Of a stretch of 16,548 nucleotides of DNA, positions 1-9,166 are shown one piece after another. The stretch is from Sandaracinaceae bacterium. GTDB lineage: Bacteria > Myxococcota_A > Polyangia > Polyangiales > Sandaracinaceae. The stretch's first letter is position 1. Each line of letters begins with the position of its first letter. Both the position numbers and the translations under genes were made by a program. Where the stretch lies: contig JBGAQA010000127.1 in the NCBI GenBank assembly GCA_044220955.1, positions 1 through 16,548 on the forward strand, in the 5' to 3' direction. The notes under the pieces are model-generated. The model made no database searches, was not told where the DNA came from, and saw only the letters and a program-made list of their open reading frames with translations.

Positions 1-106
1 GAGCGAGAGCGAGAGCGAGAGCGAGAGCGAGAGCGAGAGCGAGAGCGAGAGCGAGAGCGAGAGCGAGCTCGAGCTCGAGTCCGAGTCCGAGCTCGAGTCC
101 GACCCC
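1..106. repeat. Hexamer tandem repeat: (GAGAGC)x10 plus partial unit, followed by in-phase variants GAGCTC/GAGTCC/GACCCC; truncated by window start
   Basis: Read directly: GAGAGC units at 5-64, then GAGCTC, GAGCTC, GAGTCC, GAGTCC, GAGCTC, GAGTCC, GACCCC to 106. It ends 3 nt from the carA stop codon. Confidence 0.95.
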
Positions 107-109
107 GCC

Positions 110-1222
110 TCAGCTCATCGCGTCGACGAAGCGTCGGAACAGGTACCGCGCGTCGTGTGGCCCAGCGCTCGCCTCCGGGTGGTACTGCACCGAGAACGCG
201 GGCGCGCCGGTCGCTGCCGTGGTCTCGAGGCCCATGCACGTGCCGTCGTTCAGGTGCACGTGCGTGACCTTGCACTTGCCCGCCAGCGACTCGACGTCGA
301 CGGCGAAGCCGTGGTTCTGCGTCGTGATCTCGATCTTGCCGGTCGCGAGATCCTTCACGGGGTGGTTCAGCCCGCGGTGACCGAACTTCATCTTGTACGT
401 CCGGCCGCCCAGCGCGAGCGCGAGCATCTGGTGCCCGAGGCAGATGCCGAACATCGGCTTCTTTCCGACGAGCTCGCGGATGGTCGTGATCGCGTGCGTC
501 ACCGCCGCGGGATCGCCCGGTCCGTTCGAGAGGAAGACTCCGTCCGGGTCGTGCGCGAGGACGTCCTTCGCGCTGGCCGCGCCCGGCAGCACCGTGACCC
601 GGCAGCCGTGGTCGACGAGGTTGCGCAGGATGTTCAGCTTGATGCCGTAGTCGATCGCCACGACGTGACGCGTCGGCGCGTCGGTCTTCGCCCACACGCC
701 CGAGCCCTCGCTCCAGACGTAGGGCTCGCGGGTCGTGACACGGCCGGTCAGGTCCATGCCGTTCATCGAGGGCGCGGCCTTGGCCTTCGCGAGCAGCGCG
801 TCCACGCTCTCGGTGCCGATCGCGGCCATCTGCGCGCCGCGGTCGCGCAGGTGGCGCGTCAGCGCGCGCGTGTCCACGCCCGCGATCGCGACGATCCCGC
901 TGCGCGCGAGGTAGGCGTCGAGCGACTCGGTCGAGCGCCAGTTGCTCGTGGTCGTCGAGAGCTCGTGCACGATGAATCCGGCGACGAACGAGCGCTTCGC
1001 CTCTTGATCCTCGATCGTCGTGCCGGTGTTGCCGATCTCGGGCGCGGTCATCGTGACCAGCTGGCCGGCGTACGAGGGATCCGTGAGGACCTCCTGGTAG
1101 CCGGTCATGCCCGTCGTGAAGACAGCCTCACCGGTGGTCGTGCCCGCGGCGCCCACGGCGATGCCCTCGAAGGTCGATCCGTCGGCGAGGACGAGGTGCG
1201 CCGCCGCGTGCTTCGCGCTCAT
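110..1222 (-). CDS. carA: Carbamoyl-phosphate synthase small (glutaminase) subunit, 370 aa
   Basis: N-terminal GEAVFTTGMTGYQEVLTDPSYAGQ; GATase motifs FLSNGPGDP, GICLGHQ (catalytic Cys), TTQNHGFAVD and QYHPE. Start MSAKH at 1222 overlaps the pyrC stop (ATGA). Confidence 0.96.
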   Translation of the reverse strand: MSAKHAAAHLVLADGSTFEGIAVGAAGTTTGEAVFTTGMTGYQEVLTDPSYAGQLVTMTAPEIGNTGTTIEDQEAKRSFVAGFIVHELSTTTSNWRSTESLDAYLARSGIVAIAGVDTRALTRHLRDRGAQMAAIGTESVDALLAKAKAAPSMNGMDLTGRVTTREPYVWSEGSGVWAKTDAPTRHVVAIDYGIKLNILRNLVDHGCRVTVLPGAASAKDVLAHDPDGVFLSNGPGDPAAVTHAITTIRELVGKKPMFGICLGHQMLALALGGRTYKMKFGHRGLNHPVKDLATGKIEITTQNHGFAVDVESLAGKCKVTHVHLNDGTCMGLETTAATGAPAFSVQYHPEASAGPHDARYLFRRFVDAMS

Positions 1223-2514
1223 CGCTGGTAAGTCACCTTTCCGCCCACGAGCGTCAGCGTACATGCGCCGCGCATCGTCGCCCCGAGCCAGGGCGTGTTC
1301 AGCGACTTGCTGGCGATCGTGTCGCGGGCGACCACCCACTCGAGGTCGGGGTCGATCACGGTGACGTCGGCGGCGGCGCCCACGGCCAGCGAGCCACCGG
1401 ACAGGCGTGCCAGACGGGCCGGCGACGACGAGACCGCCTCGACGAGGCGCATCATGCTCAGCTTGTTCTCGCGGACGAGCCCGAGGAGCAGCGGGAGCAT
1501 GGTCTCCAGGCCGATGAGGCCTGGGGAGGCCGCCGCCAGCTCGCAGTCCTTCTCGAGGGGACTGTGCGGCGCGTGATCGGTGGCGATGCAGTCGATCGTG
1601 CCGTCGGCGAGGGCCGCGACCGTCGCCTCGACGTCCTCGGCCTCGCGCAGCGGCGGGTTGACCTTGCACGCGGTCCGGTAGCCGAGCAGCGCGTGATCCG
1701 TGAGCAGGAGGTGGTGCGGCGTCACCTCGGCCGTCACGCGCATCCCGCGCGACTTGGCCTCACGGACCAGCCGCGCGGCGCCCGACGTGGACAGGTGCGC
1801 CACGTGGTAGCGGGCGCCGATCCGCTCGTTGAGCACGAGATCGCGCGCGACGATCACGTCCTCCGCCTCGCGCGGCCAGCCCTTGAGGCCGAGCTTCGTC
1901 GAGATGGCCCCCTCGTGCATCTGCGCGCCGCTCGTGAGCGAGTGGTCCTCGCAGTGCTGCGACACGAGCAGATCGAAGGTGCCCGCGTACTCCAGCGCGC
2001 GCCGCATCACCGCGGTGTTCATCACGCAGACGCCGTCGTCGCTCACGCCGATCGCGCCGGCGGCGCGCATGTCGGCCATCTCGGTGAGCACCTCGCCCTT
2101 GCTGCCGAGCGTGATCGCGCCGAAGGGGTAGAGGCGCGTCCCGCCGACCTCGCGCGCGCGCGCGAGCATGGTCTCCGTGATCGCGCGCGTGTCGTTCACG
2201 GGCCGCGTGTTCGGCATGGGGCACACGGCGGTGTAGCCGCCGCGCGCCGCCGCCCGCAGGCCGGAGGCGATGTCCTCCTTGTACTCCTGCCCCGGCTCGC
2301 GGAAGTGGACGTGCATGTCCACGAAGCCGGGCGTGACGAGCTTGCTCCGGCAGTCGACCCGCGTGACGCGCTCGCCAGCGATCCCTTCGCCAGCGCCCGC
2401 GCCGACTCGCGCGACCACCCCGCGCTCGATCACGACGTCGGCGATCTCGTCGCGCTGCGCCGCGGGATCGATCACCCGGCCCCCCGAGAGCACGAGCGTC
2501 GCGTCGAGAGTCAT
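1219..2514 (-). CDS. pyrC: Dihydroorotase (type I / multifunctional-complex type), 431 aa
   Basis: PGFVDMHVHFREPG, MPNTRP, SDDG, HCED, HVAHLST, KVNPPLR and ATDHAPH; metal ligands appear intact; coupled to carA. Confidence 0.95.
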   Translation of the reverse strand: MTLDATLVLSGGRVIDPAAQRDEIADVVIERGVVARVGAGAGEGIAGERVTRVDCRSKLVTPGFVDMHVHFREPGQEYKEDIASGLRAAARGGYTAVCPMPNTRPVNDTRAITETMLARAREVGGTRLYPFGAITLGSKGEVLTEMADMRAAGAIGVSDDGVCVMNTAVMRRALEYAGTFDLLVSQHCEDHSLTSGAQMHEGAISTKLGLKGWPREAEDVIVARDLVLNERIGARYHVAHLSTSGAARLVREAKSRGMRVTAEVTPHHLLLTDHALLGYRTACKVNPPLREAEDVEATVAALADGTIDCIATDHAPHSPLEKDCELAAASPGLIGLETMLPLLLGLVRENKLSMMRLVEAVSSSPARLARLSGGSLAVGAAADVTVIDPDLEWVVARDTIASKSLNTPWLGATMRGACTLTLVGGKVTYQR

Positions 2515-2523
2515 CGGGCCCGC

Positions 2524-2552
2524 CGTTTACGTGCTCGCGCCGCGGGAGTCAA
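2524..2552 (-). promoter_or_regulatory. Putative sigma70-type promoter of pyrC: TTGACT-N17-TAAACG, 9 nt upstream of ATG
   Basis: -35 TTGACT (2552-2547), 17-nt spacer, imperfect -10 TAAACG (2529-2524). No Shine-Dalgarno before the ATG. Bracketed by inverted repeat CGCCGTT (2521-2527) / AACGGCG (2551-2557). Confidence 0.5.
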
Positions 2553-2617
2553 CGGCGGCCCCCGATCCCGCACGCAGCGCCCTCGGCGCGAGCGGGGAGG
2601 AGGCTCTCGATCTCGGG

Positions 2618-2896
2618 TCAGCCAACGTCTTCGAGCGCCTCGGCCTCGGACTCACCCATCGCCGCGTCGGGAGCGTCGATGACGCCGACCGACGACTGCG
2701 CGGGCGCGCGCCGCGCCGGCACCTTGCCGCTCTTGATCTCCTCGACGCGGACTTTCATCGCCTGGACCTTGCGGCAGAGCGAGGCGAAGTCCTTCGATCG
2801 GATCGCCATGTTCGGCGTCCCGCCGCGAAGCAGCGTCGAGAGGATGAAGTCGATGACCTGGATCTCGCCTTCGGAGAACGAGTTGCTGATGCGCAT
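2618..2896 (-). CDS. Small hypothetical protein, 92 aa (MRISNSFSEGEIQVIDFILSTLLRGG...), helical N-terminal part and acidic tail
   Basis: Protein-like composition with GC3-biased codons. A promoter-like motif lies directly upstream of ATG 2896, which favours this start over 2947. Confidence 0.8.
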   Translation of the reverse strand: MRISNSFSEGEIQVIDFILSTLLRGGTPNMAIRSKDFASLCRKVQAMKVRVEEIKSGKVPARRAPAQSSVGVIDAPDAAMGESEAEALEDVG

Positions 2897-2903
2897 GTCG
2901 GGC

Positions 2904-2932
2904 GATCTAACAGACCATGCGCGGAGTGACAA
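2904..2932 (-). promoter_or_regulatory. Putative promoter TTGTCA-N17-TAGATC with extended -10 TG, 7 nt before ATG 2896 (leaderless-type)
   Basis: -35 at 2932-2927; 17-nt spacer ending TGT; -10 at 2909-2904; no SD. Confidence 0.55.
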
Positions 2933-2939
2933 TGGGCGA

Positions 2940-2958
2940 CGTGACATGTGTGGTCACG
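2940..2958. promoter_or_regulatory. Inverted repeat CGTGAC-N7-GTCACG just upstream of the predicted -35; possible transcription-factor site
   Basis: Seen directly in the divergent intergenic region; function inferred from position only. Confidence 0.35.
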
Positions 2959-3176
2959 CGCCCGTCATCGGTCGGTGAGCTTCGTGGCGGATCTAGCCGA
3001 AAAGATACGAGCAATGGCGATCGAGACTCGCCGAAACCGCCGTGCGCGACACCCCACAAAGGCCGCGCGACGGCGATCGGTGTCGACAGCGGCCGATCGC
3101 GATCGCCCTCGATCGAAACCATGCCATCGACGTTCGCGCGCGGGCGGGCAGAGCGAAGCGGATAGACTCCGCGGCC

Positions 3177-4563
3177 GTGAACCGGCTCGCCCTCGCGGCC
3201 TCGGCGCTCGCCGCGATCTCCACCGCCGCGCTGCTCGCGCTCGCGGCCTCGCACGTGTCCTCGCTGACGTCCCGAGAGCTGGATCGCGCCGGAGCCGTCG
3301 TCCCCCTCGCCCCCGCCGGCCCGACGACGCTGATCGAGCACGACGTGCTGGTCGGCGACGATCTCGCGTACGAGCTCTGCACGTCCGACGCGATGGACGC
3401 GACGCGTTGGGACGGCGCCCTGACGCTCACGCTCGAGGCGGTCGAGGGCGACACGCGCCAGCACCTGCTCGATCAGCGGGTCGACGGGCCGCTCCTCACG
3501 CGTGCCCGGCGCGGGGCGAGCGGGGCGTGCTTCGACTTCTTCGAGGTCGGGCCGCTCGAGGCCGCGGGACACTTCGTCCTCGTCGCGCGAGAGGTCGCGC
3601 CGGCGGTGGCAGGGCTCGGCGTGCGCGCGCGGGTCACGGCCCGGAGGCCGCTCGACGCGGGCGACCGCAACGTCGTGCTCGGGATCTTGCTCGGCGCCAT
3701 CGCCCTGGTGATCGCGCTCGCGCTTCGGCCGCCGGCGGCCGCGGTGCCCGCGATCGCGCGTCCGTGGCGGGCCGGCGCGACGTGGGGCGTGAGCGGCGGC
3801 CTCGCGGTGCTGAGCTGCCTGCTCGTCCATCGCGGTGCGCACCCTGGTGGCGCTGCTCGTGCCGGCGGCGACGCTGGGCAGCGGCGTCGCCCTCTCGCGG
3901 GGTGGGCCGGGGGGCGGCGCCGTGCTCGGCGTCGTCGGCTTCGTCGATCTCAGCACGCTGCTCACCCACGTCCCGATCCCGGGACCGGCCTTCGGGCTCG
4001 TCGCGGGCCTGCTGCTGGCGGCGTCGGAGGTGGGCGTCGCCGCGGGGCTCGCGCGCGCGCTCGAGGCGCGCCCGCCGCTCGTGGTGCTCGCGCTCGAGCG
4101 CCCCTCCCGCGCGAGCGTGGCCTTCGCTGGGTTCCTCCTCGCGCCCATCGTGGGCGTGGTGCTGCGGATCGCCGCGACGCGCGTGCTCGGCCTCGTCCCC
4201 TCGACCGGGGAGGCCCCGATCGAGGCGTACGTCTCGTGGCCGAGCGGCCTGCTCTCGTTCGCCGCGCTCTCGGCCGTCGCGCCCATCGGCGAGGAGGTCT
4301 TCTTCCGCGGCCTCGTGTACGGCGCCATCCGCGGGGAGGGCGGCCGTGCGCGCGAGACGGCGGCGTTCCTCGGCGCTTGGCTGCTCTTCGTCCTCGCGCA
4401 CATCCCCCAGACCTGGGGCAGCTGGGGCGGCCTCGCCGCGGTCGCGATCGCGGGGCTGGGCTTCACGACGCTGCGCGCCACGACCGGCTCCGTGCTGGTC
4501 TCGTCCCTGGCCCACCTCGTCTACAACGGTCTGCTCGCCGCAGCCGCGCTGGCAGCGGCATGA
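3177..4563 (+). pseudogene. Membrane protein with N-terminal extracytoplasmic domain and C-terminal CPBP (CAAX/Abi) intramembrane glutamic endopeptidase domain, interrupted by a +1 frameshift near 3828 (pseudogene or sequencing error)
   Basis: The frame from GTG 3177 reads as signal/TM, soluble domain and TMs up to ...LSCLLV (3827), then degrades into R/G/A-rich nonsense. The +1 frame resumes hydrophobic IAVRTLVALLV at 3829 and has a stop at 3811-3813. The span 3177-4563 is 3n+1. Confidence 0.65.
3835..4563 (+). CDS. CPBP-family intramembrane endopeptidase (downstream part of the frameshifted gene; might be translated separately from GTG 3835)
   Basis: Motifs APIGEEVFFRG (EExxxR), FVLAH (FxxxH) and HLVYN (HxxxN); multiple TM segments. 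Confidence 0.85.
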   Translation: MRTLVALLVPAATLGSGVALSRGGPGGGAVLGVVGFVDLSTLLTHVPIPGPAFGLVAGLLLAASEVGVAAGLARALEARPPLVVLALERPSRASVAFAGFLLAPIVGVVLRIAATRVLGLVPSTGEAPIEAYVSWPSGLLSFAALSAVAPIGEEVFFRGLVYGAIRGEGGRARETAAFLGAWLLFVLAHIPQTWGSWGGLAAVAIAGLGFTTLRATTGSVLVSSLAHLVYNGLLAAAALAAA

Positions 4564-4585
4564 CGACCTGGAGGCGTCGAGCGAG

Positions 4586-4945
4586 ATGATCGGCAGCTGG
4601 CTCGTCGGGCTGCGGCTCGTGAAGCTGCTCGCGGTCGGTGCGCTCTGCGCGGGCACGGTCGGCGCGTTCCTGCCGCGCGCGCTCGAGGATCGCCAGCGCG
4701 CCGCCTACGCGCTCGCGGGGCCGGGCTTCGGGCTCTCGTGGGCGTGCGGGTTCGTGATGGTCTGGGCCCAGCAGCGCTCGCTCCTCTCCGCGTGGCTGCT
4801 CGGCGCGACCGTGACCTCGCTCTTCTCGCTGAACGTGGTGCTCTGGTCCGTCGGCAAGGACGGACGCCGCGGGCCGATCGCCGCGGCGCTCGGGATCGGC
4901 TCGCTCGCGCTCACGCTCGCGCTGATGGTGCTCCGGCCGGAGTGA
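4586..4945 (+). CDS. Small membrane protein of unknown function, 119 aa, about 4 TM
   Basis: MIGSWLVGLRLVKLLAVG...LMVLRPE; GGAGG at 4570-4574; four hydrophobic stretches. Confidence 0.8.
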   Translation: MIGSWLVGLRLVKLLAVGALCAGTVGAFLPRALEDRQRAAYALAGPGFGLSWACGFVMVWAQQRSLLSAWLLGATVTSLFSLNVVLWSVGKDGRRGPIAAALGIGSLALTLALMVLRPE

Positions 4946-4946
4946 G

Positions 4947-4984
4947 GTCGAGAGCGAGAGCGGACGCCGTCGAGAGCGGACGCC
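4947..4984. repeat. Short direct repeat CGAGAGCGGACGCC x2 with GAGAGC units, filling the convergent intergenic gap
   Basis: 14-bp copies at 4955-4968 and 4971-4984; GTCGAGAGCG at 4947 and 4969. Confidence 0.75.
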
Positions 4985-6691
<1,707 letters not shown>

Positions 6692-6740
6692 GCCGATTCT
6701 TCTCCGTGATCTCGGGCCGAAAAGCGTGGCCGAGGACGGG

Positions 6741-6769
6741 ATCGTCGTGGAAAGATCCGTGGACGTCAA
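6741..6769 (-). promoter_or_regulatory. Putative pilB promoter TTGACG-N17-GACGAT
   Basis: -35 at 6769-6764 (5/6 match), 17-nt spacer, weak -10 at 6746-6741 (3/6 match). Confidence 0.4.
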
Positions 6770-6797
6770 TGACGACCGCGCATCCGGAGGGAGGGAG

Positions 6798-7940
6798 TTG
6801 AGCTTCTTCGACGGCGGTCGGCTGCGACGTGCGCGGGCGCTGGAGGCGGCGGGCGACTTCCGCGGCGCGGCGTCCGTCTACGCCGAGCTCTCGATGTTCG
6901 TCGAGGCGAGCAAGTGCCTCGTCCACGAGGGGGAGAAGGCAGGAACGCTCGAGGCGCGGGTCGGCGCGTGGATGGACGCGGCGCGCGTGCTGCCGCAGAC
7001 CGCGGTCGAAGCGCTGCGCGAGGTCGACGTGCGCATCGGGCGCGCGATCCTGGAGCACCTGCGCCCGACCGGGGTGGCGGGGAACGCCGAGAAGCGGCAG
7101 CTGACCGACGCGGCCGAGCGGCTCGAGCGGGCGGAGCAGTGGCGCGACGCCGCCGACGCATGGGAACTGCTCGGTCGGCAAGAGGATCTCGCGCGCTGCC
7201 TCGAGCTCGGCGGCGAGGTCGAGCGGCTCGAGCGCGTGCTGACCGAGCAGAACCGGAGCGACGCGAAGGGCGACCGCATCCGGCGCCTGCTCTCGGAGCA
7301 CGATCTGGCCCTCGCGCTCGGGCAGCGCTCGGCCGCGCGGCAGGCGCTCCACGAGGCGAGCACCCTCGCGCCCGACGATCCGAGCATCCGCGCGTCGCTG
7401 CGGCGCATCGACGAGCGCGCGGTCAAGGGGAGCGTGCTGCGCCTCGCGCTGCCGGACAGGACCCTGCGGGTCGTGGGGAAGCTGCCGGTGGTGCTCGGGC
7501 GCGCGGAGGCGGACGTGGCGCTGCGCGGCAGCTCCGTCTCACGGCGGCACGCCGAGGTGGCGCGCGGGGCGTCCGGCTTCGTGCTCCGTGACCTCGGGAG
7601 CCGCAACGGGACGCTCGTGGCGGGGGTCGTGCTCGCACGGGAGATGCCCATCGCGGGCGAGCTCGAGGTCGGGCTCGGGGACGACGTGGCGATCAAGCTG
7701 ACGCCCGACGGCGACGCGCTCGAGATCGAGGTGGTGCGCGGGCTCGACCGCGGCGAGGTGGTGCGCGTGGGGCAGGGCGCCGTCGCGCTGCGCGAGCTGG
7801 GCGTGCGCGTGCGCTTCGAGCCCGAGCGCACGGTCATCGAGGGCCGCGTGACGCTGGGCGAGCGCGTGCTGGCCGAGGTGGAGCTGCTCCGGGGCGACGT
7901 GCTCACCATCGCGGGGCAGCGCGTGGAGGTCGTCGCGTGA
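6798..7940 (+). CDS. FHA-domain protein with N-terminal TPR-like helical repeats, about 380 aa
   Basis: FHA motifs LGR, VSRRHA and DLGSRNGT. Probable TTG start at 6798 after GGAGGGAGG; the track's start at 6561 would overlap pilB. Confidence 0.85.
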   Translation: MSFFDGGRLRRARALEAAGDFRGAASVYAELSMFVEASKCLVHEGEKAGTLEARVGAWMDAARVLPQTAVEALREVDVRIGRAILEHLRPTGVAGNAEKRQLTDAAERLERAEQWRDAADAWELLGRQEDLARCLELGGEVERLERVLTEQNRSDAKGDRIRRLLSEHDLALALGQRSAARQALHEASTLAPDDPSIRASLRRIDERAVKGSVLRLALPDRTLRVVGKLPVVLGRAEADVALRGSSVSRRHAEVARGASGFVLRDLGSRNGTLVAGVVLAREMPIAGELEVGLGDDVAIKLTPDGDALEIEVVRGLDRGEVVRVGQGAVALRELGVRVRFEPERTVIEGRVTLGERVLAEVELLRGDVLTIAGQRVEVVA

Positions 7941-9166
7941 GCGTGTGGTCGCGCCTGCGCGGTGCGCTCGGAGGCGCGCCCGAGCCTGCCGCGCCTCCGC
8001 CGGCGGCCGCGCCGGTGGCTCCCGCGCCTCCGCCGCGCACGGCGCTGGACGAGCTCGCGAGCCTCGCATCGGCGCCGCCGGGCGCGGAGACCGAGGCCAA
8101 GGCGCTCGCGCTCCTCGATCGGGCGGTGGCCGACGGTCAGGAGGCCGACGCGCTCGACGTCGTGCGTCGCCTGCTCGCGCGCGTGCTCCACCCGACGCTC
8201 GCGCTGCGCGTGGCCGAGCGGCTCGACGCCCGCGGCGACGACCTCGGGGCCAGCACCGTCCTCGATCCGCTCCTCGTGGCGAAGGATCCGCGGGTGTCGC
8301 TCGATGCGTGGATGCTCGCTGCCGAGCTCGCCGAGCGTCGCGGCGAGCTCGTGACGGCGCTCGCGCACTACGAGCACGTCGTGGCCCGCGACTTCGACTA
8401 CCCGCGCGCGAGGGAGAGGGCGCTGAGGCTCGCAGACGCGCTCCGCGGCGAGCGCGACGTCGACTCGGGCGCCACGCTGATGGGCGCCTCGAGCGGCCGC
8501 GGCCGCTTCCGCGTCCTGCGCGAGCTCGGGCGGGGCGGCGCGGGCACCGTCTTCCTCGCCGAGGACGTCCCGCTCGCGCGCGAGGTCGCGCTCAAGATCT
8601 ACCAGCGACGCGGCCGCGCCGACCGCCAGCGCTTGCTGCACGAAGCGCGCGTCCCGGCGCTCCTGCCGCACCCGGCGATCGTGCGCGTGCTCGACGTCGA
8701 GGAATCCACCATGGCCATCGCGATGGAGCTCGCGCCGTGTGGATCGCTGCGGGGCGAGCTCGCCCGCGGGACGCTGCCCCAGGACCGCATCCGAGCGCTC
8801 ACCGGGCGGATCGCGGCCGCCCTCGTCCACGTCCGCGGGGCGGGCTGGGTGCACCGGGACGTGAAGCCCGCCAACGTGCTGCTCTTCGAGGACGACCGCA
8901 TCGTGCTCACGGACTTCGGCATCGCGGCGAAGATCGGCGCGCCCGGTGCGGCGGGCGAGGGATCCATGGGCTTCATGCCGAGGGAGCAGCGGATCGGCGC
9001 CGCGGCCGCGACGAGCATGGACGTGCATGCGCTCGGCAAGACGATGCTCGAGATGCTCGCGCCGCACGGCGAGGCGCTCGAGGAGCTGAGCTCGCTCGCG
9101 CGCGCGGCGACGCGAGACGACCCGCACGCACGGCCGCCGCTCGAGCGCTTCCTGCCCGGCGGATGA
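7937..9166 (+). CDS. Hanks-type Ser/Thr protein kinase with N-terminal TPR-like region, soluble, 409 aa
   Basis: LGRGGAGTV, VALK, HRDVKPAN, DFG and DVHALG; GTGA overlap with the FHA gene. Confidence 0.92.
   Translation: MSVWSRLRGALGGAPEPAAPPPAAAPVAPAPPPRTALDELASLASAPPGAETEAKALALLDRAVADGQEADALDVVRRLLARVLHPTLALRVAERLDARGDDLGASTVLDPLLVAKDPRVSLDAWMLAAELAERRGELVTALAHYEHVVARDFDYPRARERALRLADALRGERDVDSGATLMGASSGRGRFRVLRELGRGGAGTVFLAEDVPLAREVALKIYQRRGRADRQRLLHEARVPALLPHPAIVRVLDVEESTMAIAMELAPCGSLRGELARGTLPQDRIRALTGRIAAALVHVRGAGWVHRDVKPANVLLFEDDRIVLTDFGIAAKIGAPGAAGEGSMGFMPREQRIGAAAATSMDVHALGKTMLEMLAPHGEALEELSSLARAATRDDPHARPPLERFLPGG

Noticed and set aside
1..106. CRISPR array or mobile-element end
   Set aside because: 6-bp tandem units without spacers; no cas, transposase or integrase in the window.
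1223..1669. N-terminal extensions given by the ORF track for carA, and similarly for ORFs starting at 2948, 6561, 7945, 11114 and 13592
   Set aside because: They overlap neighbouring genuine genes; internal starts with SD or ATGA overlaps fit better.
2940..2958. CRP/FNR-type site
   Set aside because: GTGA...TCAC spacing is 9 nt, not 6; kept only as a generic inverted repeat.
3073..3107. Hairpin GCGATCGG...CCGATCGC with nested palindromes, as a terminator or ncRNA
   Set aside because: No U-tract, it lies in a divergent promoter region, and CGATCG-type palindromes are frequent throughout this sequence.
3814..3840. Programmed ribosomal frameshift or phase variation
   Set aside because: No slippery heptamer, homopolymer or repeat tract at the switch point.
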